64,000 nucleotides of DNA from a virus. The position numbers were made by a program, and so were the translations under genes. This document shows, piece by piece, positions 19,458-27,676 of this stretch. A model generated the notes under the pieces. The model searched no databases. It worked only from the letters and a program-made list of their open reading frames with translations, and was not told where the DNA came from. Within the stretch, counting starts at the first letter, position 1; every line of letters starts with the position of its first letter. The DNA is taken from IMG/VR virus record IMGVR_UViG_3300031413_000624. One strand, 5' to 3'.

Positions 19458-20965
19458 AAACAGACCGCTATTTTGATGCGTTATACGAACGCACTCACAG
19501 TGAACAGGATTTAACAACAGCTGGTTGGTTAGAAAAGCCAACACAAGTGAACCAGCAGTTACGGTATTACACAACGCCAGTTGATGCTATCCGTGATGCA
19601 GGCAAGGAAGAAGTCTCTGTTCTGTTTTACCCAGGATGTTTCGCCCCAGTGCATGAAGGTCATATCACTGCAATGCGCTTAGCCAAGGAAGCTGTCGAAG
19701 CGACAGGCGAAACAGTGGTAGCTGGTTTCTTCACACCAGACCATGATGACTACATTATGCGTAAAACGCATGATGAACGTTTCACAGCAGCGAACCGGGT
19801 AGAGCTTCTACATGCAGTAACTAAAACAGAAACATGGATGCAGGTAGACCCTTGGGCTGCTCAGTATGCTCCTACTGATTTGAACTTCACCACATTGTAT
19901 GATCGTTTGAATCAATACCTCAAACGTTGGGTACCAAATGTCAAAGTAAAGCTCTACATGGTGTTTGGTGGAGACAACTACATGTTCGCTAATGCTTTCA
20001 CTGAATATGGGTATGGGGTTTGCGTTCCTCGTGAAGGAGTTTCTATTGACTGGACCACAGTCCATCCTGATGCTCAAAAGCGTGTAGTTCTCAGTACGAA
20101 AAGCAGCACAAATCATTCATCCACAGCGGCCCGAGCAATGTACTCAAACCCTGCTGAAAAAGGTGGTCGGAGTACGATGGGTAAGCGCTACGTCCTTCGC
20201 AACGATTTAGATGCAGCATTTGAGAACACTACGGAGTACCCGAATTATCTTATCGCTCAGACTCTGCAGATTCTCTTCCACTCACATCTTCCAGAGGATA
20301 TCAGTGTCCAAACAGTTGATATTCATGACCAGTTCCAGCATCATCAGGAAAAAGCTGGGATCATTTCAATGGATTCATTTTGGAAAGCTGAATACAATCT
20401 TGACATTACCAGACTCTTCAATGCAGCCGGTGGCCAGAATCATCCATTACGGTACATCAACCGCCCAGGTTCCGATGATTTGCAAACACAAATCAAACGA
20501 ATCCCAGAAGGTGAATATGTACTTGCAGATGACGACATCGCTACTGGTGAAACCATGAAATTTGTTTCCAATGTGTTAGGCACTCACGGCATCAGAATTG
20601 TGGACACTCTAAGTCTTATCGATGAACTCAACACTGACCTGTACGATTTAGCTGACATGAGAGACTATGTGTTAGGGGCAAAGAATGGTGGGTTGACCGT
20701 TGTTGCTCCAAACGGTCAAGTGACACGAATGCCGTACTTTGCTTCCTATGTGAACGTTTCAGCAAGAACACGTATTCAGCCTAATAAAGCTCGCAGTTTC
20801 TCTATTGAAATTTGGAAGCTCAATCGCTCTTTGTACAAGAACAGTAGCCTTACCGTAGGAGACATCAAAGAGCATCAAGATTTCACCCTCTTTGGGTTCT
20901 CAGAGCAGATGCGGCTTGTTGAATTATGTGAGAAGCATTTAGAGCTGTTAGGTGTGCAAAGCTGA
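19454..20965 (+). CDS. nucleotidyltransferase (NMNAT-like, HxGH) fused to a type I phosphoribosyltransferase domain
   Basis: PVHEGH motif N-terminal; VLADDDIATGETM PRPP-binding motif C-terminal. Confidence 0.6.
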   Translation: MKTDRYFDALYERTHSEQDLTTAGWLEKPTQVNQQLRYYTTPVDAIRDAGKEEVSVLFYPGCFAPVHEGHITAMRLAKEAVEATGETVVAGFFTPDHDDYIMRKTHDERFTAANRVELLHAVTKTETWMQVDPWAAQYAPTDLNFTTLYDRLNQYLKRWVPNVKVKLYMVFGGDNYMFANAFTEYGYGVCVPREGVSIDWTTVHPDAQKRVVLSTKSSTNHSSTAARAMYSNPAEKGGRSTMGKRYVLRNDLDAAFENTTEYPNYLIAQTLQILFHSHLPEDISVQTVDIHDQFQHHQEKAGIISMDSFWKAEYNLDITRLFNAAGGQNHPLRYINRPGSDDLQTQIKRIPEGEYVLADDDIATGETMKFVSNVLGTHGIRIVDTLSLIDELNTDLYDLADMRDYVLGAKNGGLTVVAPNGQVTRMPYFASYVNVSARTRIQPNKARSFSIEIWKLNRSLYKNSSLTVGDIKEHQDFTLFGFSEQMRLVELCEKHLELLGVQS

Positions 20966-20982
20966 TACGATAGAACTTACTT

Positions 20983-21576
20983 ATGTTCGCTGTACTCACC
21001 GCCTTAGGCTTATCTGTTTCCGCAGGACTCAACGCGTACCTGCCGTTACTTGCTGTTGGTCTTCTCACCAAATACACTGATGTGTTTCAGCTTCCCAACG
21101 GATGGTCCTGGCTGAATCAAGACTGGGTGCTGATTCTATTCGGGTTACTTGCATTAGCTGAGTTTGTCGCAGATAAAGTTCCAGCGATTGACACATTCAA
21201 CGACATTATTCAAACAGTAGTACGCCCTTCATCAGGAGGTGTCGTATTTGCAGTAGGAATAGGTTCACATACTACTCCTATCACAAATTGGGATGCGTTC
21301 ATTCATTCACAAGCGTTTCCTAGCATTGTTGTAGGTGTGGTGATTGCATTGATTCCACATTTGATGAAGATGCTCATCCGTCCAGTCTTAAATGCAACAA
21401 CTGCTGGGTTAGCTACTCCGTTAGTGAGTTTCGGTGAAGATGTCATTTCGGTAGCATTGATTGCATTATCCATTTTCCTTCCTATCCTTGTCCCAGTAGC
21501 AGTAGTGCTACTCTTCATCATCGCTGTGCGAGTTATCAAACGGTTGCGCAGTAGGACGCAGGTGCAAACAGCATGA
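20983..21576 (+). CDS. polytopic membrane protein (DUF4126-like)
   Basis: Four or more TM helices. Confidence 0.45.
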   Translation: MFAVLTALGLSVSAGLNAYLPLLAVGLLTKYTDVFQLPNGWSWLNQDWVLILFGLLALAEFVADKVPAIDTFNDIIQTVVRPSSGGVVFAVGIGSHTTPITNWDAFIHSQAFPSIVVGVVIALIPHLMKMLIRPVLNATTAGLATPLVSFGEDVISVALIALSIFLPILVPVAVVLLFIIAVRVIKRLRSRTQVQTA

Positions 21577-22247
21577 GAGCATGTCAAGCTAAAAATCCAG
21601 AGACCTGTAAATACCACGGCTATGCTGTGTATGAGCAAAAACGGAATATGCAATCTCCTTCATGGACTACAGAAGAATCTTATGATTTCTTGACGATGCA
21701 TGGAGTAAATCTTCTTCCTCTTGGAACAGTGAAGAAGTGGGACTCAGAGCAGGATTATAAAGCATCATTCTATGAAGTTGAAAATGAATTAACTGGATTG
21801 TTCTCTGGTGGTGGGAGTGGTGAAGAGAAGATAGCTCTTATTGACAAAGACCTTCCTTTTGTTGTGAAATTCGCTGGAGACCCAGATTACCAGAATGGTG
21901 CAGATGGTTTATCCTCCACCTTCCAAGAGTATGTCGCAAGCCGCGATGGTTTGAACGGTCATGATGTAATGGCAAGAACTGAACTATTCTGGCATAAGAA
22001 TGGTTTCCCTATTATTGTTCAAGAAAAGCTGACCCACCTGACCCGTAAAGTGGTAACAGAGCTTGCTGAGCAATTGCCCTGGTTGCCAAAATCTTTCCAC
22101 TCATATGCTCAGATAGGACAAGATGGTTCTGGTAAATGGCGTATTTACGATTTGGATGCGGGAACGCTTATGGACTTCTACCCTGAAGAAACAGGTCAGA
22201 AAGTTCTTGACCAAGTATGGGATGAGTTTTTCCAATTGAAGAAATAG
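21573..22247 (+). CDS. hypothetical protein with N-terminal CQAKNPETCKYHG motif
   Basis: Cys-His motif family member; overlapped start. Confidence 0.5.
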   Translation: MRACQAKNPETCKYHGYAVYEQKRNMQSPSWTTEESYDFLTMHGVNLLPLGTVKKWDSEQDYKASFYEVENELTGLFSGGGSGEEKIALIDKDLPFVVKFAGDPDYQNGADGLSSTFQEYVASRDGLNGHDVMARTELFWHKNGFPIIVQEKLTHLTRKVVTELAEQLPWLPKSFHSYAQIGQDGSGKWRIYDLDAGTLMDFYPEETGQKVLDQVWDEFFQLKK

Positions 22248-22347
22248 CGCTAAATTGGTCCATTGCCGATAGACTGGGTAAGCATGTACTCATGTCTGCC
22301 CTGGCAGTAAACCAGTTTATTCTATTTAGACAGTAAGGAAAACCCTC

Positions 22348-23604
22348 ATGGTTTCAAAACCAGAACGGGGTCGATACTTGACCCTAGAAGATGTCCGTGT
22401 TTCATATAAACACAAAGATGACACCATCCATCTCACCTCAGCTGACCCAGATATTCCAAACGGGTCATTCTACATTACTTTGAATCGTGATACTCCAACC
22501 GAAGAAGCTCTCAGAGAACTACTGATTGAGCACGGTTATATCAAAGAGAATGATGTTGTCTCTAAGCCAGAAGACACTCAACTGGATTCTATTTACTCAT
22601 ACCGCCCACGGAATCCATTACAGGATTTGCTTGTGGATAGTTTAGTAGGGAGAGGCAACGTCAACTTCCCTCGTTATGTCCATATTTCAGGACAGCCAGG
22701 ATGTGGAAAAACATTTTTAGCGGCTCAAACCGTGGAAGAAGCTTCTGCTATGGGAATCAATACATATATCATCTCTGCAGATGTACAAGCTTACCTTCCC
22801 AAAGTTCAAGGTACTTGTACAACTATAAATTTACCAGATTTACCAGAAGGCTCTCTGAACCCTTTTGCCTTAGGTTTGAATGTAGATGAGATACTGAATT
22901 TTTTGATTAACTTTATCCTACCTTTGAATATTGGGAATATTGATACGCCAGATGGTGCTTATTTTTACGCACAGTATCGTGATATACTACGAAAAAGTAT
23001 TGGTCTTGTAGCTACTTACGAGGAGCCTTCTTTAGATAAAATAGTAGAAAATTTAGAGTCAAAAGCTACATTTGATAGTAAAGTTCAGCTACAAACTTCA
23101 TTAAAAAGGCTAAAAAAGACAGAATTCGGACATCTTCTTTTTGGTACATCACTATACGTAAAAGATATGATTGTAGATAAACATATAATAATTGATACTG
23201 GGGCTTTGCCTTATGTTAGTGTGTCAATTTTGCCTGATACATACACCGTTGAACAATTGGCAGCTGTCCTTATCAAGAAAATAATTGTCAATATTCTCAA
23301 TAAGAAAATAAACAATTCAAGTCGTCCCAGTTTGTTCATTATTGAAGAGTCGATAGATTTAGCTGAGGAGATGATTCCTATAATTCGTTCAAAAAATATT
23401 ACGCTTATTACAATAAACCAAGAACCTATTACCCAGTCTAATCTCCGTTTAAGTTCTTCTGCAAATCAGATGATTGGTCGTTCGTCCGACCGAAGCACCC
23501 AAGATGCAGTAGATTTACCCTTAGACAAACTGAGCACAGGAGAATTCTTCTGGTACGACATCAACACAGGGAACACTGAGTTTTATAAATCTGCTATTGA
23601 TTAA
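22348..23604 (+). CDS. P-loop NTPase (418 aa)
   Basis: Walker A GQPGCGKT; the 3' half of the gene is markedly AT-rich. Confidence 0.5.
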   Translation: MVSKPERGRYLTLEDVRVSYKHKDDTIHLTSADPDIPNGSFYITLNRDTPTEEALRELLIEHGYIKENDVVSKPEDTQLDSIYSYRPRNPLQDLLVDSLVGRGNVNFPRYVHISGQPGCGKTFLAAQTVEEASAMGINTYIISADVQAYLPKVQGTCTTINLPDLPEGSLNPFALGLNVDEILNFLINFILPLNIGNIDTPDGAYFYAQYRDILRKSIGLVATYEEPSLDKIVENLESKATFDSKVQLQTSLKRLKKTEFGHLLFGTSLYVKDMIVDKHIIIDTGALPYVSVSILPDTYTVEQLAAVLIKKIIVNILNKKINNSSRPSLFIIEESIDLAEEMIPIIRSKNITLITINQEPITQSNLRLSSSANQMIGRSSDRSTQDAVDLPLDKLSTGEFFWYDINTGNTEFYKSAID

Positions 23605-23607
23605 TGA

Positions 23608-23652
23608 GTAAAGGCGGGTCAGAGTAAACATATACTCTGACCCGCCTTTACT
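23608..23652. terminator. bidirectional intrinsic terminator
   Basis: gtaaaggcgggtcagagta / tactctgacccgcctttac 19-bp perfect stem. Confidence 0.7.
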
Positions 23653-23660
23653 TTCATTTG

Positions 23661-24146
23661 TTACATCGTAGCAACAAACTCCTTATCAAACGCCTTTGCG
23701 TCAGCTTCGCTGATGCCATGAGCCTTCAACCATGCCAGGCGAGCTTCCTTACCGTTCTCAACGGAAACCACGGCCTGCTTGGAAAGCGCGAACAGCCCGC
23801 CATCACGAAGGCGAATGACATGGTAACGGCTACGGTTGACCTGAGTGACCCGGTATCGCTCGCCACCACGGACTGTTACAATGTCACCTTCACAAGCCCA
23901 CGGGGCCATTACCACAGGGGTAGGAACAGGGGCAGAAACCTGAGCATTGGTACCAGCAGGCTCAACCTTCTCAATCATTTCATAAGGAACGTTGAACCGC
24001 TTGTTCGTTCCCCGCTCAATCACAATAACGTTCTTCGGGTTCGGCTTCTCAATGGTGCCAATGATACGCTTGCCACCTCGGCTCGGAGCGCTGGTAAGAA
24101 CCTGGTGCTTTTTAACAGTCTTCTGAGTGTAAATAGTTGCAGACAT
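23661..24146 (-). CDS. hypothetical protein (161 aa)
   Basis: ORF. Confidence 0.45.
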   Translation of the reverse strand: MSATIYTQKTVKKHQVLTSAPSRGGKRIIGTIEKPNPKNVIVIERGTNKRFNVPYEMIEKVEPAGTNAQVSAPVPTPVVMAPWACEGDIVTVRGGERYRVTQVNRSRYHVIRLRDGGLFALSKQAVVSVENGKEARLAWLKAHGISEADAKAFDKEFVATM

Positions 24147-24258
24147 AATTTTCTCTCTTATCTCTCAATGAAGTGTTCTGTAACACGAACAAACACCACT
24201 ATACAAAACCCCACTGACATTTGTCAAGCTTGAGATAACAAGATGATATAGTGGGCCT

Positions 24259-25035
24259 ATGAGTTATATTAGTCTGAGTACACGAGAAAACGAAACCATC
24301 GCCTACGGCACAGGATCAGATAGGGCGAATTTTAGCTTTCTTGCTGAGCGAATGTTCGTAGGATTGTTTGCTATGGACGACCCGTATATCTGGGAGAAGA
24401 TTGTTCCTCACGTCAAAAATGACCCATATGTGGACAAACGAACTGCGCTCATGAATGATATCAAAGGGTACAGTTTTGAAAGTTCAGTTTTGCATGTGGA
24501 TGGAGAGCCTATTGACCTGTTTACTGCAAAATTGAATACAGCTCTTCGATACGGTTCTGATGTAATGAAGCTTGCTGCTCGCCTGCATGGGCAAAGCGAA
24601 CTACATTGTTGGGTTGCGGGTAAAAACCGTGCATGGCTTGCTGACATCATGGAAAATGCTCCAACCACAGTATTCCGCGTCAATACTGAAACAGGTGAAA
24701 GCTACTGGAAACCCATCATTGATGCTCTCCGTGAAACAGATGAAGGGGATGCGGTTTTCTCCTATTCCGTTAGTTCTGGCTTCCCTCTTGTCCAATACGA
24801 TAAGAAGTTCCTTGCTTCGTTGAAAGAAATTGAAGATGAAGAAGATTACGACGAAGGAGAAGCGCGATATCTGTGGAATGAGAAACCTCTTGAAGAACGC
24901 TGGGAGAATACCATTGAAGTGTTCAAAGAGGAAACAGAGTCGCAAATGTTAGAGCTGACTCCTGATAATTGGGACTCGTACTACTTTGGTCAAGGCGCAG
25001 ATGCTTTGAGCATCCTTGAAAAACTGGGTGTTTAA
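24259..25035 (+). CDS. hypothetical protein (258 aa)
   Basis: ORF. Confidence 0.45.
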   Translation: MSYISLSTRENETIAYGTGSDRANFSFLAERMFVGLFAMDDPYIWEKIVPHVKNDPYVDKRTALMNDIKGYSFESSVLHVDGEPIDLFTAKLNTALRYGSDVMKLAARLHGQSELHCWVAGKNRAWLADIMENAPTTVFRVNTETGESYWKPIIDALRETDEGDAVFSYSVSSGFPLVQYDKKFLASLKEIEDEEDYDEGEARYLWNEKPLEERWENTIEVFKEETESQMLELTPDNWDSYYFGQGADALSILEKLGV

Positions 25036-25068
25036 ACTGGTTGAAAAATAAAATCGCAAAATCTGACC

Positions 25069-25093
25069 TTTTTCGTCATTTTGACGATATAAT
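25069..25093. promoter_or_regulatory. TTTTTCGTCA-ttt-TGACGA palindrome abutting a TATAAT -10 box (copy 2)
   Basis: tcgtca(25073-78)-ttt-tgacga(25082-87) followed by tataat 25088-25093, upstream of nadE. Confidence 0.5.
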
Positions 25094-25128
25094 AAGTTAG
25101 GAAAGGTTTTAGGAAGGAAACCAACATC

Positions 25129-25974
25129 ATGACCACTTTACAGAAGCACATCATTGAAACCCTCGGAGTGAAAGCGAAAGTCAACCCAGAGGAAGAGTTC
25201 CGCACTCGTGTAGACTTCCTCAAAGCTTTCACTAAAAATGCAGGAACACGTGGATTCGTCCTCGGGATCAGTGGAGGGCAGGATAGTGCTCTGGCTGGAT
25301 ACGTTGCTCAGACAGCTGTTCGTGAACTCCGTGATGAAACAGGCAAAGACTATGAATTCCTTGCCCTGCTCCTTCCATACGGTACACAGCGGGACGGGGA
25401 TGAAGCAGTAACCATCGCAAAAGACTTTATCAAAGCCGACCAGGTAATTGAATACAACATCAAAGACACTGTAGACGCTTTCGCAAACACCTTCAACACT
25501 ATTGCAGATGCTGACCCTGCAAACGGTGACAACCTTGCCGACTACCACAAAGGTAACGTCAAAGCACGTGTTCGCGCCATCACACAGTACGCATATGCTG
25601 GACAGCGACAGCTTCTGGTTGTTGGGACCGACCATGCAGCAGAAGCTGTCAGCGGCTTTTTCACGAAGTTCGGAGATGGTGCTGCTGACATTCTCCCTCT
25701 TAGCGGTTTGAACAAACGCCAGGGAAAAGAAGTGCTTCGCTTCCTGGGTGCTCCTGAGTTTGTTATCACTAAGGCTCCTACTGCTGACCTTTTGGACACT
25801 AACGCAGGTCAGGCTGATGAGACTGAACTTGGCATCACCTACGATGTGCTGGATGACTACCTTGAAGGCAAGACTGTCGCAGAAGCTGCTCAGCAGAAGA
25901 TTGAACTTCGTTACCTGGTGACTGAACACAAGCGTCAGCAGCCTGTTGACCCTTTTGCTGACTGGTGGAAGTAA
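25129..25974 (+). CDS. nadE: NH3-dependent NAD+ synthetase
   Basis: [12 protein letters not shown]-loop; length and overall pattern of NadE. Confidence 0.85.
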   Translation: MTTLQKHIIETLGVKAKVNPEEEFRTRVDFLKAFTKNAGTRGFVLGISGGQDSALAGYVAQTAVRELRDETGKDYEFLALLLPYGTQRDGDEAVTIAKDFIKADQVIEYNIKDTVDAFANTFNTIADADPANGDNLADYHKGNVKARVRAITQYAYAGQRQLLVVGTDHAAEAVSGFFTKFGDGAADILPLSGLNKRQGKEVLRFLGAPEFVITKAPTADLLDTNAGQADETELGITYDVLDDYLEGKTVAEAAQQKIELRYLVTEHKRQQPVDPFADWWK

Positions 25975-25982
25975 ATTTCAGT

Positions 25983-26024
25983 AAGTGAAGAAAAACTCTC
26001 ATACTCGAGAGTTTTTCTTCACTT
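25983..26024. terminator. intrinsic terminator
   Basis: agtgaagaaaaactctc / gagagtttttcttcact stem. Confidence 0.65.
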
Positions 26025-26063
26025 AAGCGGATTTATAAGGTCATCTGATAAAGGAGACCTCTC

Positions 26064-26387
26064 ATGACTACTTTCTACAAAGTGTTAGGGCCAGAAAATG
26101 AACTTGCCTGGATTGCCGCTATCCGGGATGAACAACGGAATCAAATAGTTGTCTGGGTAACAGATACTGCTCAATGGCATCACCATGTCATGTTGGAAAG
26201 TGATTATTACTCTCTTGGACCGTTTGAACCATTCATGCATTTCGTTGAAGTACATGCTGATGAAGTTGACCAGCTGTTGGAGAATGTTCCCAGCATTGTA
26301 GGAACCTTCTCGGAGCAGTACCTTCGGGATGCAAAAACTTGTTCCAGTGAAGAGCTTGGGTTAGGCAAAACCCCTATCCTTGCTTGA
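26064..26387 (+). CDS. hypothetical protein (107 aa)
   Basis: ORF. Confidence 0.4.
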   Translation: MTTFYKVLGPENELAWIAAIRDEQRNQIVVWVTDTAQWHHHVMLESDYYSLGPFEPFMHFVEVHADEVDQLLENVPSIVGTFSEQYLRDAKTCSSEELGLGKTPILA

Positions 26388-26423
26388 ATGAGAAGTTTTC
26401 CTTCTCTGTGATACACTTCCGAG

Positions 26424-27212
26424 ATGCTTCGGAAAGTCATTATTCGCACCCTGCTGTCCATCGGTGTAGTCTATTTACTCAACGCTGCCATTTTGTTCTT
26501 CTTCCAGCCTGTTGATGTTCAAACAGGAACTGCCTCCGTTGTCAAAACGCAGGAGTTCGGTGGGTTTAAAATTCTCACTGTTCCTCATCTGCGTTCAGGC
26601 GGAATCGGGGGTTGGTCAGCGGAAGCAGGAGGTTATGTAGATATGCTTTCTCCTGACGAAACCGCATACGTGAATCCTCATATTGCTGGGGACAACCTCA
26701 CGCAAACATCGTACTTATACCGGCATGAGTTTACTCACGTGTTACAGAAACAATTAGTTGCAAAAGTATCTGGCGGATATCCAAGTGCATGGAACCCTGT
26801 CCGATCAACTATTTACTACGTGAATCTTATTCGTTTGAATAATGATTTGGAAAAGCTGATGCCAAAGATGAATGAAGATCAGCAAGTTGTTGCAAAAGGG
26901 TTGGAATCTGCTGCAGAATGTTACGCTCAACCGTATTCAGAGAAGAGCGAAGAAGCTGTTTACTATAAAGCCCCTTATATCTTTCCTCGATACTGCAATG
27001 CTGAACAAGTCGCTATTGCAACGAAGCTATTCTCAGGAAAATGGCCTAAACCTTTGACTGTTGAGGAGAAGAAAAAACTCACTCCAGTTAACATCACAAC
27101 AGTAGACCCACAGAAGCTTGCAGAGAAAGAGCATCAGCAGTTCTTGAAAACTATGAAGCAGCTTATCAATTCAGCGCAAGACCTTGCGGACAAAGCGAAG
27201 CAGCAGAAATAG
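26424..27212 (+). CDS. membrane-anchored HExxH zincin-like protein (DUF4157-like)
   Basis: N-terminal TM; HEFTHVLQ motif. Confidence 0.45.
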   Translation: MLRKVIIRTLLSIGVVYLLNAAILFFFQPVDVQTGTASVVKTQEFGGFKILTVPHLRSGGIGGWSAEAGGYVDMLSPDETAYVNPHIAGDNLTQTSYLYRHEFTHVLQKQLVAKVSGGYPSAWNPVRSTIYYVNLIRLNNDLEKLMPKMNEDQQVVAKGLESAAECYAQPYSEKSEEAVYYKAPYIFPRYCNAEQVAIATKLFSGKWPKPLTVEEKKKLTPVNITTVDPQKLAEKEHQQFLKTMKQLINSAQDLADKAKQQK

Positions 27213-27213
27213 C

Positions 27214-27627
27214 TTACGCGTTATCCCAGTTCTGAACAGCTTTTTTGTCAGTCACACGACGTTCGTGGCGCTTTTGTTCTTTCCCTGAACGGTCTGTGCA
27301 CATCCAACATCCACACAAACCATGTCCTGTGTAGGCGAAGTGCCAACGGCAGGTCAAATCGCGCCATTCCTTGTTCGTCAACTTCAACTGGTCAGTAGGA
27401 GACTCAGGTAATGTGCATTCACCATTAGCGTGATCGTGGTCAGCTGTAGCTCCGACTCCTTTATCAGACTTGTCAGCCATTCTTACTTCAATAGGGCGTG
27501 TTTTTCTTGTACGACTCATAGTATTTATCTTATCGGAAAAAAGAAGCTCAGCGAAGAAACAAAACGTTGAGAACATTTGTTTACATAAATGACACACTCG
27601 GAAGCAACTGAGTTTGAGTTTCATCAC
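27214..27627 (-). CDS. Cys-rich small protein, uncertain
   Basis: ORF with many Cys/His. Confidence 0.35.
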   Translation of the reverse strand: MMKLKLSCFRVCHLCKQMFSTFCFFAELLFSDKINTMSRTRKTRPIEVRMADKSDKGVGATADHDHANGECTLPESPTDQLKLTNKEWRDLTCRWHFAYTGHGLCGCWMCTDRSGKEQKRHERRVTDKKAVQNWDNA

Positions 27628-27643
27628 AGATGTGTGTTATGAT
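27614..27643 (+). promoter_or_regulatory. sigma-70/SigA-like promoter for the clp gene
   Basis: TTGAGT-N18-TATGAT, 34 nt upstream of the start. Confidence 0.45.
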
Positions 27644-27676
27644 AGGTTAGAACCACGTAGAAAGAAGTAAAGGTTT

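Noticed and set aside
25138-25929. 263-aa minus-strand ORF
   Set aside because: Antisense to nadE, whose PP-loop and length are convincing. Shadow ORF.
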